Shown piece by piece: positions 10,362-20,786 of a stretch of 64,000 nt of DNA. Below the pieces are notes generated by a model that was given only the letters and a program-made list of their open reading frames with translations, did not search any database and was not told where the DNA came from. The stretch is from an uncultured delta proteobacterium (GTDB lineage: Bacteria; Desulfobacterota; RBG-13-43-22), in assembly GCA_963843145.1 (NCBI GenBank), contig CAWJJC010000025.1:42299-106298 (forward strand), read 5' to 3'. The translations under genes and the position numbers were made by a program. Within the stretch, counting starts at the first letter, position 1. The number at the start of each line of letters is the position of its first letter.

Positions 10362-10488
10362 TTCGTTTATTTGGTTTGTTTCGTTGATTTGGTTTGTTTG
10401 GTTTATTTATCGGAATTGGTTAATGGGTGAAATCCGCCAGATCTTCTCGAACCAGATAACGAAATAAACCAAACAAACGAGATAAACG
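10362..10488. repeat. Degenerate 9-bp tandem repeats in two inverted arrays
   Basis: (TTTGGTTTG/TTCGTTTAT)n followed by (AAACCAAAC/AACGAAATA)n. Confidence 0.6.
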
Positions 10489-10491
10489 CGC

Positions 10492-11544
10492 TTAGGGATA
10501 AAGCGGCAGTTGGGTCAAGCCCAGGGTCTGGTCCCAGCCCAGGAGGATATTCATATTTTGGATAGCCTGACCGGAGGCCCCCTTGACCAAATTATCGATG
10601 GCCGAGAGGACGATCACCCGCCCCGTCCTGGGATCCAGACGCCATCCGATTTCGCAGTAGTTGGAACCCCGAACCCTGAGGGTGTTAGGGAGTTCCCCCT
10701 TCTCCAGCAAGCGGACGAAGGGGGCTTCCCGGTAAAAGTCGCTATAAAGATCCTTGAGGTCCTCCCAGGTCGTTTCCTTTTGAGGATAGGCATAGAGAGT
10801 GGATAGTATCCCCCGGGACATGGGCACCAGGTGGGGAGTAAAGGTGATAGTCAGCGACTGTTCAGCCAACCGGCTTAATTCCTGTTCAATTTCAGGGGTA
10901 TGGCGGTGCTCGCCACCCACTTTATAGGCCTTGAAGCCTTCATCCACCTCGCAGTACAAGCTCCCTAAATGAACCGACCGTCCGGCACCACTGACGCCGG
11001 ATTTAGAATCCGCCACCAGTCCCTGCGGTTCAATCACCTTTTCCTTCAGCAGGGGAGCTAGTCCTAAAATAATACTGGTGGGATAGCAGCCGGGATTCCC
11101 GATCAGCCGAGCCTGCCGAATGGCCGGGGTGTGGATCTCGGGCAGCCCGTAAACCGCTTGTTTCAGCAGGTCGGGCGCCTGATGGGGACCGTACCAGGCC
11201 TGGTAGGTTTCCGGGTCCTGAAACCGAAAATCCGCGCTCAGATCGATAATTTTCAGCCTTTGATCCGGGAAGATTCGGGCGACGATCTCCATGGCCTCTT
11301 TATGGGGTACGGCGGTAAAAACGACTTGCGCCTCCCGGGCGATCTCCTTGGCCGCCGGATCGCTAAAAAGCAGATCCGTATAGCCCAAGGAAGGGAAAAC
11401 CTGCTGGACCTTCTGGCCTTGGTGGGTCCGGGAGGTCACGCCGACCACCTCCACCCGGGGATGCCGGAGCAATAGACGCAAGAGCTCCAAACCGGTATAT
11501 CCCGATCCTCCTACTATAACTGCCTTTGTTCTTGATTCTGCCAT
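10492..11544 (-). CDS. argC: N-acetyl-gamma-glutamyl-phosphate reductase
   Basis: GGSGYTGLEL, IIDLSADFR, NPGCYPT, IDNLVKGASGQA; ATG 11544 with GGAGG. Confidence 0.97.
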   Translation of the reverse strand: MAESRTKAVIVGGSGYTGLELLRLLLRHPRVEVVGVTSRTHQGQKVQQVFPSLGYTDLLFSDPAAKEIAREAQVVFTAVPHKEAMEIVARIFPDQRLKIIDLSADFRFQDPETYQAWYGPHQAPDLLKQAVYGLPEIHTPAIRQARLIGNPGCYPTSIILGLAPLLKEKVIEPQGLVADSKSGVSGAGRSVHLGSLYCEVDEGFKAYKVGGEHRHTPEIEQELSRLAEQSLTITFTPHLVPMSRGILSTLYAYPQKETTWEDLKDLYSDFYREAPFVRLLEKGELPNTLRVRGSNYCEIGWRLDPRTGRVIVLSAIDNLVKGASGQAIQNMNILLGWDQTLGLTQLPLYP

Positions 11545-11554
11545 GATCCCCTCC

Positions 11555-11592
11555 AAAAAAAAGGGAAGCGCCCTCTCGGGCCTTCCCTTTCG
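11555..11592 (-). terminator. Rho-independent terminator after rpsI
   Basis: AAAGGGAAG..CTTCCCTTT hairpin followed by T-run on the minus strand. Confidence 0.65.
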
Positions 11593-11618
11593 AATTTTCA
11601 TTTGTTTTATGGTACCTA

Positions 11619-12011
11619 TTAACGCTTCGAATATTGAAAACGGGCCCTGGCCCCTTTCTGACCGTATTTTTTCCGTTCCTTGATCCTGGAATCACGGGTT
11701 AAGAACCCCGCCTTTTTTAATACGGCCCGTAAATTAGGATCAAAGACCAGCAGGGCCTTACTGATTCCATGTTTAACGGCCCCGGCCTGGCCGGTCAATC
11801 CCCCGCCCTGCACGTTGACTAAAATATCAAATTTTCCGACCGTATCGGTCAATTCCAAAGGTTGGAGGACCACCATCTTGGCGGTTTCCCGGCTGAAGTA
11901 ATTATCCACCGGCCGGTCATTAATCACGATCTGACCGGTTCCCGGCCGTAGCCAAGTCCGGGCGATAGCGCATTTTCTTTTTCCTGTGGCGTAGTATTCC
12001 TTTTCGGCCAT
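11619..12011 (-). CDS. rpsI: 30S ribosomal protein S9
   Basis: [28 protein letters not shown]. Confidence 0.99.
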   Translation of the reverse strand: MAEKEYYATGKRKCAIARTWLRPGTGQIVINDRPVDNYFSRETAKMVVLQPLELTDTVGKFDILVNVQGGGLTGQAGAVKHGISKALLVFDPNLRAVLKKAGFLTRDSRIKERKKYGQKGARARFQYSKR

Positions 12012-12025
12012 AATTCAGTTAACCT

Positions 12026-12454
12026 CTACAGCGTTAAGGTGATGGGTTGCTGGGCTTGATGAGGGTGTTCCGGGCCCACATAAACCTTTAATTTCTTATT
12101 AATTTTCCGGCCCAAGCTGTTCTTCGGCAACATGCCTCGAACCGCCTGACGAATCAGATCTTCGGGTCGTTTTTCCATCAATTTTTTCGCGGTAATGGAT
12201 TTCAGTCCGCCGATAAATCCCGAATGATGGTAATATATCTTTTGGTCTATTTTTCTGCCCGTCAGTTTGATCTGCTCGGCATTGACTACGATTACAAAAT
12301 CGCCCATATCGGCATAAGGGACAAAACGGGGATTCATTTTACCCCTCAGACGACTGGCAATTTCCGAGGCCAACCGACCCAGAACCAGGTCTTTGGCATC
12401 GACCAGATACCATTTCCGCTCAAATTCACCTGCTTTAGGTCGAAATGTTTTCAT
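12026..12454 (-). CDS. rplM: 50S ribosomal protein L13
   Basis: [31 protein letters not shown]. Confidence 0.99.
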   Translation of the reverse strand: MKTFRPKAGEFERKWYLVDAKDLVLGRLASEIASRLRGKMNPRFVPYADMGDFVIVVNAEQIKLTGRKIDQKIYYHHSGFIGGLKSITAKKLMEKRPEDLIRQAVRGMLPKNSLGRKINKKLKVYVGPEHPHQAQQPITLTL

Positions 12455-12486
12455 CGTACCCTACCCCTATAAAGTTAAAAAAGGAT

Positions 12487-12515
12487 AATTTACCCCAATT
12501 AATTTAAGTTGTCAA
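12487..12515 (-). promoter_or_regulatory. Sigma70 promoter of rplM-rpsI
   Basis: TTGACA-17 nt-TAAATT on the minus strand. Confidence 0.6.
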
Positions 12516-12536
12516 TATTTATTAGGGGGGAGGGGG

Positions 12537-14897
12537 CTAAAATTCACCCAGACCTTTTAAATTAAGGGAAAGAAGGAATCGTTTATCGCCATAGCTATCC
12601 GTGTAAGTGGCTTTAATTCCCCAACATTGATGGGCATAAGCCAGTCCCAGGTTGGTCTCATAATTTTTATTTTGATCGATGGAGTACCTATTCAGGAAAT
12701 CGGCTGTCCAGGTGGGATTGATCTTCCAGAGCAAGGAAGTGTTAATCTGCCTGTACTGGTCCCCGTTGATGGTTTGATAATCCACAGTGGCCCAACTCCC
12801 CCCTGGAGTGTTCAGGCTGAGCGAATGGGTCTGGGTATCGAACTGGTTGTCGTAGGGCGACCAGCCGGCATAAGAGCGGAACCGGATAAACGGACTGGGG
12901 ATGAATTCCAGTTCAGCCGTCACATTGGAAAAAGGTCTCCGGGGACTGGTGGTTCCGGTAGTTCCGGTGGTTCCACCGATTCCGGTGACTGGTACGATTC
13001 CGGTGGTTCCGGTGATTCCGGTGATAGGAGCGGTTCCGGTGGTTCCGGTAGTCGTAGTTCCTAAAATTCTTGGGGTTTTTTCGTCCCGAGTGGCCTCATT
13101 GATGTCATAGGTCTGGTAAATTTTAAAATAGACAAAATCCAGATAAGAATGAAGATCTTCCCCTTCTTTCCCTAACCCGATAAAGTTTTTGGCGGTCAGC
13201 GTGTTATTCAGATAATAGGTAATGGTATTGGTTTTAATCAGTGGGGAGACAAAAGTCGGCAAAGAATCGGTGGTGTTGTTATTCGTTATGTCCGGAGTAA
13301 AATCATAAACCACCTGCGGGCGGATGCTGTGTTTGATTTTCCGGAGCGTTTTATCGGAAACATCAAAAACGCGCTGGATATCCGTAGACAAATCCAGCTT
13401 TAAACTCGGCACGGTTCGGGCGCCCCAATCCGCTACCCCGGTACCGGTTTTATTCTCCACCTGGAAAAAGGCCTGGTTGGCCCCGACAGAGGTTTCCGTG
13501 TTGAGAACGTTGAGAAATTTATAGGGGTAGGAAAGAATCGGATTAATTTCCATGAACTGGCCCCGATCCAGGCTTTTCCGCCAATAATGATTATAATCGG
13601 AATTCAACTGGAAAAAGAAATTTTTCCCGAGTTCGTATTTTGTGCTGTCATAACGGAAATAGGGGAGCTGGTTCAAGGCATCATCGCTATTGTCCAACTC
13701 CTGGAAATATTGAAACCCGCCGGTAAAATTATAATTCCCCACGCTGCGGGTGACGATAGCCGTGTTCCGGCGATCCAAGACCGTCTCGTCATCGAAATCC
13801 CGGCCGAATTCACTCAAAAAATAGGGCCGATTGCGGTCCAGCCCGTTGCCCGCTCCTCGGAATTCCCTGAGGTAGTCCCGGTCGCTGAGCAAGTCCAGGT
13901 CCACTTTAAGTACATACCCTTTCGGCAGATCCTGGTTGGCCTTGCCTCGGAACCAGTATCGTTCATTGTAGGCTTCACTGTTCCGCTTCGCCTTGAATTC
14001 CTCCTCGCCCAGCAGGTCCTTAGGGAGGTAGTCCGCCATGAATGCCCCTTTGGAGTTTGGGTCGGTGACATAGCGAAATTCCGCCCCCTGCATATAGCCC
14101 CGATTGCTCATGAAATACTGGTAAAAGGTGGCGTCCAGGTTATCCGCTATGGCCCAGTAGAAGGGCGCGTTGAGCGTCAGGCCGTCCCGCTGGGAATAGC
14201 CGGGTTCCGGAAACAGCAGGCCGCTTTGTCGTTTGGTTTTGACCGGAAAGATCAGATAGGGCGTGTACAGGACGGGGATGTTGCGGGCCCGGAGGGAGGC
14301 CTGATATAACTTGCCGTACCCTTCCACGGTTACGTCAAAGTCTTTGGCGGTGATAATCCAGGGGGGATCATCCCCATCGCAGGAGGTGACGGTGCCCTCC
14401 AGGATCCGATAGGTGGATTCGCCGGTTTTCCAGATGCGGGTCCCGGTGACGTGATAGTTGTTTTTCTTCAGGAACAAGCGGCCTTTTTCCACCTCGCCGG
14501 TCTGCTTTTGTAAGTCGATCGTTAGGTGATCGCCCCGCAGTTCATCCCCCCCGGCCGTGTAGACCACGTTTCCCCGGGCTTCGGCGATCATGGTATTTCG
14601 GTCTAACCGGGCATAGTCACTCTTTAAAACCCGGTCCCCTTTCTTAATGACCACTTCCCCGATAGCCGTATATATATTCGTATCATGGTCGTAATTTAAT
14701 TCCCGCGCCTCAATATCCCAGGGGGCTTTTTCGGATGGAGAACCAGCGGAAAAAAGGGTTTCCTGGGCGGCCACCCAGGGGACCCCTAAGAGAAAAAACC
14801 AGAATAGACAGGCAAAAATCTGCCGGCAGGATGGTAGCGAATTGGCCCCCATGGGCTTGATCAAACCCTTTCCATTTTTTTTCGTTTTTTTTAACAT
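12537..14897 (-). CDS. lptD: LPS assembly protein LptD
   Basis: N-terminal OstA-like domain, TSCDG..PPW, PYLIFPVKTKRQSGLLFP, YAHQCWG, terminal LKGLGEF. Confidence 0.93.
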   Translation of the reverse strand: MLKKTKKNGKGLIKPMGANSLPSCRQIFACLFWFFLLGVPWVAAQETLFSAGSPSEKAPWDIEARELNYDHDTNIYTAIGEVVIKKGDRVLKSDYARLDRNTMIAEARGNVVYTAGGDELRGDHLTIDLQKQTGEVEKGRLFLKKNNYHVTGTRIWKTGESTYRILEGTVTSCDGDDPPWIITAKDFDVTVEGYGKLYQASLRARNIPVLYTPYLIFPVKTKRQSGLLFPEPGYSQRDGLTLNAPFYWAIADNLDATFYQYFMSNRGYMQGAEFRYVTDPNSKGAFMADYLPKDLLGEEEFKAKRNSEAYNERYWFRGKANQDLPKGYVLKVDLDLLSDRDYLREFRGAGNGLDRNRPYFLSEFGRDFDDETVLDRRNTAIVTRSVGNYNFTGGFQYFQELDNSDDALNQLPYFRYDSTKYELGKNFFFQLNSDYNHYWRKSLDRGQFMEINPILSYPYKFLNVLNTETSVGANQAFFQVENKTGTGVADWGARTVPSLKLDLSTDIQRVFDVSDKTLRKIKHSIRPQVVYDFTPDITNNNTTDSLPTFVSPLIKTNTITYYLNNTLTAKNFIGLGKEGEDLHSYLDFVYFKIYQTYDINEATRDEKTPRILGTTTTGTTGTAPITGITGTTGIVPVTGIGGTTGTTGTTSPRRPFSNVTAELEFIPSPFIRFRSYAGWSPYDNQFDTQTHSLSLNTPGGSWATVDYQTINGDQYRQINTSLLWKINPTWTADFLNRYSIDQNKNYETNLGLAYAHQCWGIKATYTDSYGDKRFLLSLNLKGLGEF

Positions 14898-14933
14898 AAA
14901 TTGAAAATTACTACAACCTAAATTAATAAATTT

Positions 14934-16304
14934 TTATAACACCTTACCTTTTGGCAGCCACTCTGGAATTAATCCCGAGGGGGGGGCGGCGCCTTTTGAA
15001 ATTTCGATTTTTTTCTCCAGGTAGGCCCGGGCCTCGCCGACCACAAACAGCGAGCCGGTGATACAGATCAGATCGTCCCTCGACGCTTCGCTGACGGCCC
15101 GGTCAATCGCCTGGGAGAGGGCGGGAAACAAGCGGCATTTGCTTCGGTCCCGGTCTATAAAAGAGAGCAGCTTTTCCGGCTCCGCCGACCGAAGGTATTC
15201 CGCCCGAGTTAAAAAGATCCAATCCGCCAAAGGGACGATAGGCGCCAAGATGGCCGGGATGTCTTTGTCTTGCATGATCCCGATCACCAGCAACAGTCGT
15301 CGATAGGGCAGGGCCTTGGGCAGAGTCTCGGCCAGCACCTTCATGGCCGCCGGGTTGTGGGCGCCGTCCAAAACAATCCGGGGGCTTTCAGCCCAGACTT
15401 CCATCCGGCCCGGCCAATTCACCTGGAGCAACCCCTCCCGGATATGCTCCTCAGAAAGGATTTTACCCTCCAGCGGCCAGAGGTTGACCAGGCTTAAGGC
15501 CAGACCGGCGTTTCTAATCTGGTGGGGGCCAAGCAGTTTATTTCGCAGGCCCTTATAAACCTTTCCAAAACCGGTGTAATTGAATTGGGTGCCCGTGATT
15601 TTTCGGGTCTGGAAATCCCGGCCGGCTAAAAACAGGGGGGATCCCTGCTCTCGGCAGATTTGCCCGATGACTTCCCGGGCTACCGGCTGGGTTACCCCGG
15701 ATACCAGGGGGATACCGGGTTTGATGATCCCCCCCTTTTCCCAGGCAATCCGCCTCAAGGTGTTCCCCAAATATTCCTGATGCTCCAGACCCAGCGTGGT
15801 GATAACCGTCACTCGAGGCCGGATGATATTGGTAGCGTCCAAACGCCCCCCCAATCCAACCTCGATGATCGCCAGGTCCACCTTTTCCCGGGCGAAATAA
15901 ATGAGGGCCATGGCCGTCACCATCTCGAAAAAAGTGGGCGGTTCTTCAGCATTCGTCCGGTCCTTCACCTCCCGGACCAAGTCCAGGGTCACCCCTGGGG
16001 GGATCAGGCGTCCATTGATCTGAAAACGCTCGCGAAAATCCACGAGATGGGGGGAAGTATAAAGCCCCACCCGATAACCGGCCTGTGAAAAGATGGAGGC
16101 CGCCATAGCTGCCACCGAACCCTTACCGTTCGTGCCGGCGATATGGATCAGCTTCAACTGGTCCTGGGGACGGCCAAAAGCCTGAAGGAGGTTCTCGGTC
16201 TTGGAAAGACCGAATTTCATGCCGAACTTCTGCAGACCGTACAGATAGGACAAGGCCTGATCGTAGACCGGGTCCCGGGATAAGGGTTCGAACTGCTTGT
16301 CCAT
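14934..16304 (-). CDS. folC: Folylpolyglutamate synthase/dihydrofolate synthase
   Basis: HIAGTNGKGS, YTSPHL, EVGLGGRLDATN, LDGAHN, TGSLFVVG. Confidence 0.97.
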   Translation of the reverse strand: MDKQFEPLSRDPVYDQALSYLYGLQKFGMKFGLSKTENLLQAFGRPQDQLKLIHIAGTNGKGSVAAMAASIFSQAGYRVGLYTSPHLVDFRERFQINGRLIPPGVTLDLVREVKDRTNAEEPPTFFEMVTAMALIYFAREKVDLAIIEVGLGGRLDATNIIRPRVTVITTLGLEHQEYLGNTLRRIAWEKGGIIKPGIPLVSGVTQPVAREVIGQICREQGSPLFLAGRDFQTRKITGTQFNYTGFGKVYKGLRNKLLGPHQIRNAGLALSLVNLWPLEGKILSEEHIREGLLQVNWPGRMEVWAESPRIVLDGAHNPAAMKVLAETLPKALPYRRLLLVIGIMQDKDIPAILAPIVPLADWIFLTRAEYLRSAEPEKLLSFIDRDRSKCRLFPALSQAIDRAVSEASRDDLICITGSLFVVGEARAYLEKKIEISKGAAPPSGLIPEWLPKGKVL

Positions 16305-16425
16305 AGCTTCTCTACTTTACCCAATCTTGAAATTTGTTTCCAACACTTAATCCGAGTCAATCTCTAAATCCAAAATTCGGATTTCGAGTTTGATCCAAAA
16401 AGGTTAGAATTCGGCTAGGGGTTTA

Positions 16426-18546
16426 TTATGCCTTTTCCAGACGGGCAAAATCCAAGTGCAGCACCTTGATGCCGTAGCTCCGGAATTTAACCCGAATCTT
16501 ACGGTCCTGGGGGGATTCTTCGACGATACCGGACCCGAAAAGTGGATGGTATACTTTGAGCCCCACCGGGTAGCCGCCGTCTTCCCGGACCTTACGGCGA
16601 GGGGGTTCGGCCTGAAAAACTCGCGGGACGTTTTCCCGCAGCGGGGTTTGACGGCGCAGGATCTCCTCGGGCAGCAGGGCGATAAACCGGGAGGCTTCAT
16701 TGTGCTGCCAGCCTCCCCCTCTTTCAGAGCCTTGCAAGGGATAGGTCAGGAAAAGTTTTTCCTTGGCCCGGGTGATGGCCACATAGAGCAAACGACGTTC
16801 CTCCTCCAATTCCTCCTGACTTTCACGGGCATGCGTGGAAGGAAAACGTCCTTCTGTCAGCCAGATGACGAAAACTGCCTGCCATTCCAGCCCCTTGGCC
16901 GAATGGACCGTGGAGAGCACCAGCCGTTCCTGCCCTGAATCAGCACCCCGGTCAGGGGTTTCCAGCAACAGATCTCCTAAAAATTCGTCCACCTCGGTAT
17001 AGACATTGCTGACCCGTAGCAACTCCTCAATATCCTTTTTCCTGTATTCCGGGTCTTCAAAAAGCCGGGGAAGCAGAGGCTGGTAATACGCCCAGATTAT
17101 TTCCAGCGCGGCAGACGGAGAAAGGGGTTCCTGGCTCAAGAGATTCAGCATCTCCCCCAGTCGGTCGAGCTGGGGTTGGGGCCGCGGGTACTCCCGGAGA
17201 AACCGGATTCGGGAGTCCCATTCCTCGATCTCCAATAATCCACTCACGATCTGTCCTGCCCTTTTGGGTCCCAGCCCCTCCAGGTGTCGTAGAATCCGCT
17301 CCCAGGATAAGGCCTCCTGAGGATTCTGGGATACCTTGAGGTAGGCCAGCAGGTCCTTGATATGGGCGCCCTCGGTCAGCTTGCGGCCGCCGTACTTGAC
17401 GAAAGGAATTCCGCTTTTCTGCAGATGGATTTCCAGATTAAAAGAATGATGGCCGGCCCGAAAGAGGACAGCCGTTTCCGACCAGGGAAGGCCTTGTTTT
17501 TGCAAAGCCTTCAATTGGCTGACGATGAACTGGGATTGTCCTTCCTCGTGGGGCAACTCGATGCACCGAGGGAGGTCCCCGGCCGGGTTATGGGCCCGCA
17601 GGCATTTACTGTGCCGCTGGGCGGCGAAACTGATCACGGTATTGGCTAAAGTCAGGATGGCCTGGGAACTGCGGTAGTTTTCTTCCAGCTTGATAACGCG
17701 GGCCTGGGGAAAGCTCTTGGGGAACTCGAGGATGTTCTTGACCCGGGCGCCCCTAAAGCCATAGATGGATTGGGAATCATCCCCCACCACCATAAGATTC
17801 CCATGGGCCTGAATCAGCGCGCGGACCATTTGGGCCTGCAGCAGATTGGTATCCTGGTATTCATCCACCATCACATACTGATAGTGTTCGGATAAATTTC
17901 GAGCCACCTCCGGGTGGTCGGCAAACAGCTTCAGGGTGTATAGCAGTAAGTCGTCGTAGTCGAGGAGGAAATGCTGTCTTTTGTAATCTTCGAAGGCCTG
18001 CCGTAAAAGAGTAAGCCGGGGGATCAGATTCTCCCATTGAGGGGCAAATACCCGAACCCCTTGTTCAAAATCCAGGGCCCGGTTGTTGATCCGGCTGATC
18101 AGTTCCACCAGGTCCTTGCGTCCCGGGGCCTCGGAGTGCTGGTCCAGACCTTGGGCCTTGATCAACCGCCCCATGATTTCCACCGCGTCGGAACGGTCCA
18201 TGACCGTGGGATGGCCGGACAACCCGATCAGGCCCCCCTGCCGGCGCAAAAGGCGGTAGCCCAGGGAATGGAAAGTCCCCCCGGAAATTTCCCGGCAGGA
18301 GATGCCCAGCATCGTCTCCACCCGGTTGAGCATCTCCTGGGCCGCTTTGCGGGTAAAGGTCAGCAGCAGGATCCGACCCGGATCGATCCCCTGCTCAACC
18401 AACCAGGCCACGCGATAGACCAGGGTCCGGGTTTTTCCGCTGCCGGCGCCGGCAATAATCAGGCTCGGCCCGTCCGGGGCTTGAACGGCTTCCAGTTGTG
18501 CGGCATTGAGATTTTTTTGGTAGATATTCGTTTTTCCGGTCATCAT
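16426..18546 (-). CDS. UvrD/PcrA family ATP-dependent DNA helicase
   Basis: AGAGSGKT, VDEYQDTN, LEENYRS, STVHSAKGLEW, EERRLLYVAITRA. Confidence 0.95.
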   Translation of the reverse strand: MMTGKTNIYQKNLNAAQLEAVQAPDGPSLIIAGAGSGKTRTLVYRVAWLVEQGIDPGRILLLTFTRKAAQEMLNRVETMLGISCREISGGTFHSLGYRLLRRQGGLIGLSGHPTVMDRSDAVEIMGRLIKAQGLDQHSEAPGRKDLVELISRINNRALDFEQGVRVFAPQWENLIPRLTLLRQAFEDYKRQHFLLDYDDLLLYTLKLFADHPEVARNLSEHYQYVMVDEYQDTNLLQAQMVRALIQAHGNLMVVGDDSQSIYGFRGARVKNILEFPKSFPQARVIKLEENYRSSQAILTLANTVISFAAQRHSKCLRAHNPAGDLPRCIELPHEEGQSQFIVSQLKALQKQGLPWSETAVLFRAGHHSFNLEIHLQKSGIPFVKYGGRKLTEGAHIKDLLAYLKVSQNPQEALSWERILRHLEGLGPKRAGQIVSGLLEIEEWDSRIRFLREYPRPQPQLDRLGEMLNLLSQEPLSPSAALEIIWAYYQPLLPRLFEDPEYRKKDIEELLRVSNVYTEVDEFLGDLLLETPDRGADSGQERLVLSTVHSAKGLEWQAVFVIWLTEGRFPSTHARESQEELEEERRLLYVAITRAKEKLFLTYPLQGSERGGGWQHNEASRFIALLPEEILRRQTPLRENVPRVFQAEPPRRKVREDGGYPVGLKVYHPLFGSGIVEESPQDRKIRVKFRSYGIKVLHLDFARLEKA

Positions 18547-18638
18547 TTATGGTCTGATCGCTAGTGGGAAAAGCCTCTATATTTAGGTTAGTATGTAAAT
18601 AAAATCAATCACCGCTTTTTAGGCCTTTTTCCTAGGTA

Positions 18639-18716
18639 GTCATACCGGACTTGATCCGGTATCCAGGACTTCCCGAGCTTATCCGAGGCTGGATTCCGGA
18701 TCGCGTCCGGAATGAC
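18639..18716. repeat. GTCAT...ATGAC palindromic REP-like doublet
   Basis: GTCATACCGGACTTGATCCGGTATCCAG ... CTGGATTCCGGATCGCGTCCGGAATGAC. Confidence 0.75.
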
Positions 18717-18834
18717 GAATCTTGGTCAAACCTTATTTCCGTGCCCCAGGGCGCCCTCCCAGATCCGGGGGGTTTATTAGGGAGTGGTCTCGTCTTACTA
18801 AAAAAAGAGAGGCTTGTAAACCAGATTTGAAAAT

Positions 18835-18863
18835 TTGACAATGACCGCTTTGAGCATTATAAT
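18835..18863 (+). promoter_or_regulatory. Perfect-consensus sigma70 promoter of the YeeE-TusA-DsrE cluster
   Basis: TTGACA-17 nt-TATAAT. Confidence 0.8.
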
Positions 18864-18929
18864 TTCAAAAATCAAGGCCAAAATCCGAAAATCCATGATG
18901 AATCACTAAGTTAATTGAGGAAGGAAGCC

Positions 18930-20117
18930 ATGGCCGATGAAAACGCTTTAAAAAATAAATTCAAGGAGGGCTATGCCGCCGTTTTCTACGCCCAGTGGCC
19001 GGCCCTCACCGGGGGCCTGCTCCTGGGGTTGTTCAGTATTTTGATCGTGGCCTGGTCCCGTCCCTGGGGTATCGTGGGCGGGATTAGAAATTGGGCCGAC
19101 TGGCTTTTTTACGGACTCGGCCTCTATCCTACGCGGCCGGAGAACCCTATCTTGTTTTCCGGGTCCGTGATGGATATCGGATTTCTCCTAGGCACCTTCG
19201 GATCGGCTCTGATGGCCAAGGAATTCGCCTTTCGCTGGGCCCCGCCACTGGAAATGATCAAAGGACTGGCGGGTGGAACCCTGATGGGGGTCGGCTCGGC
19301 CTTGGCCCTCGGCTGCAACGTGGGGGCCTTCTACACCCCCCTGATCAACCTTTCGGCCAGCGGGTTCCCCATGCTGATCGGCCTGATGATCGGTGCCTTT
19401 ATCGGGCTCAAGTACCTGCTCTGGGAACTGGAAAAATTCCCGTCCAAAGCCGGCTTTGTCCCCCCGGCCAAACCAGGGGAAAAAAGCTTTGACTGGAAAT
19501 CCGTTCAGCCCTATCTGGGGGTGTTGGTACTCCTGGGGTTAATCCTCTGGGCTTATGGGTATGCCGGTCGGGCCTACACGGAAATCGGCGGTCTGCTCCT
19601 TTTCGGGGCGGCCTTCGGCATCATCCTGCAACGGTGCCGCTTCTGCTTTGTCCGGGCCTTTCGGGATCCCTTCATGACCGGGGAAGCCGGGATCGCCAAG
19701 GCCATCGCCTTGAGCATTATCCTGGGTTCCTTAGGCGTAGCCGTACTCAAGTGGACTGGCGTTCGTGCGGAAAGCACCTATGTCATTCCGGCCTTCTGGG
19801 GAGGTTCCCTGTTCGGAGGGCTGATATTTGGCATTGGCATGGTGATAGCCGGCGGGTGCGGAAGCGGGACCCTATGGCGGGTGGGCGAAGGCCAGCTCAA
19901 ATTATGGGCCGCCCTGCTGACCTTTGCCACTTTTAATTCCTTAAGCACCGCATTTTTACGGAGTACCGGTTGGCGGCAGAAACTGGGCCGGGCCATATTC
20001 CTGCCGGACGTTTTCGGCTGGGGTGGCAGTCTGCTCTTCATTGCAGGGATCCTTTTATTGTGGTATCTTTTAGTTACCTGGAACGAAGAAACCAATAAAT
20101 TTACAGTTGGATTGTAG
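18930..20117 (+). CDS. YeeE/YedE thiosulfate/sulfur-compound transporter
   Basis: Multi-TM; ALGCNVG, QRCRFCF, AGGCGSG conserved Cys motifs. Confidence 0.92.
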   Translation: MADENALKNKFKEGYAAVFYAQWPALTGGLLLGLFSILIVAWSRPWGIVGGIRNWADWLFYGLGLYPTRPENPILFSGSVMDIGFLLGTFGSALMAKEFAFRWAPPLEMIKGLAGGTLMGVGSALALGCNVGAFYTPLINLSASGFPMLIGLMIGAFIGLKYLLWELEKFPSKAGFVPPAKPGEKSFDWKSVQPYLGVLVLLGLILWAYGYAGRAYTEIGGLLLFGAAFGIILQRCRFCFVRAFRDPFMTGEAGIAKAIALSIILGSLGVAVLKWTGVRAESTYVIPAFWGGSLFGGLIFGIGMVIAGGCGSGTLWRVGEGQLKLWAALLTFATFNSLSTAFLRSTGWRQKLGRAIFLPDVFGWGGSLLFIAGILLLWYLLVTWNEETNKFTVGL

Positions 20118-20217
20118 AGAAAAGACCTGGCACGGAGCGCAGCGCGCTAAGCGTTAAGACCCAATAGACCACTTAAGTCAGACAGACCAAAATGAATATC
20201 CTAAAGGAGGAAACGTT

Positions 20218-20454
20218 ATGGAAGATGTTAAACCCGATGAAACCTTGGACGCCCGGGGGCTGAGCTGTCCCATGCCGGTCCTGAAAACCAAGAAGACCAT
20301 GGACAATTTAAAATCCGGGCAGGTTCTGGAAATCCTCAGCACCGACCCGGGAACCCGGAATGATCTCCCCAGTTGGACCAAACGTACCGGTAACGAGTTC
20401 CTGGGCGAAAAGCAGGACGAAGGCTTTGTCCGTTTCTATGTTAAAAAGAAGTAA
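20218..20454 (+). CDS. tusA: Sulfurtransferase TusA family protein
   Basis: LDARGLSCPMP, TDPG; AAGGAGG RBS. Confidence 0.93.
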   Translation: MEDVKPDETLDARGLSCPMPVLKTKKTMDNLKSGQVLEILSTDPGTRNDLPSWTKRTGNEFLGEKQDEGFVRFYVKKK

Positions 20455-20467
20455 CAAGGATGACGAT

Positions 20468-20776
20468 ATGGCTGAGAAATTAGGGATCTTTGTGAACTCC
20501 GACCGCCATCTTCGCCACGTGATTGAGATCACCAAGGCGGCCGAACGGGCCGGGAAAGAGGTGACTCTCTTTTTCTCGCACAAAGGAGTTTTACTGACCC
20601 AGGAACCGGAATTTCAGGAATTGGTAGGCCACGCCAAATACGCGGTCTGCAATGTGGGGTTTGAAGCCCAGGGACTCAAGGGTAAAACCGTTCCCGGTAT
20701 GGATGAAACCGGTTTCGCTACTCAAGCCCGACATGGTGAAATGATCGAAGACTGCGACCGTTACTTGGTGATGTAA
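20468..20776 (+). CDS. DsrE-family protein
   Basis: KLGIFV, VTLFFSHKGV, AVCNVG; YTD-type context. Confidence 0.75.
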   Translation: MAEKLGIFVNSDRHLRHVIEITKAAERAGKEVTLFFSHKGVLLTQEPEFQELVGHAKYAVCNVGFEAQGLKGKTVPGMDETGFATQARHGEMIEDCDRYLVM

Positions 20777-20786
20777 AGGAGAAACT

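Noticed and set aside
10362-13060. CRISPR-like arrays at the truA-argC spacer and within lptD
   Set aside because: Short degenerate tandem units without unique spacers; no cas genes in the window.
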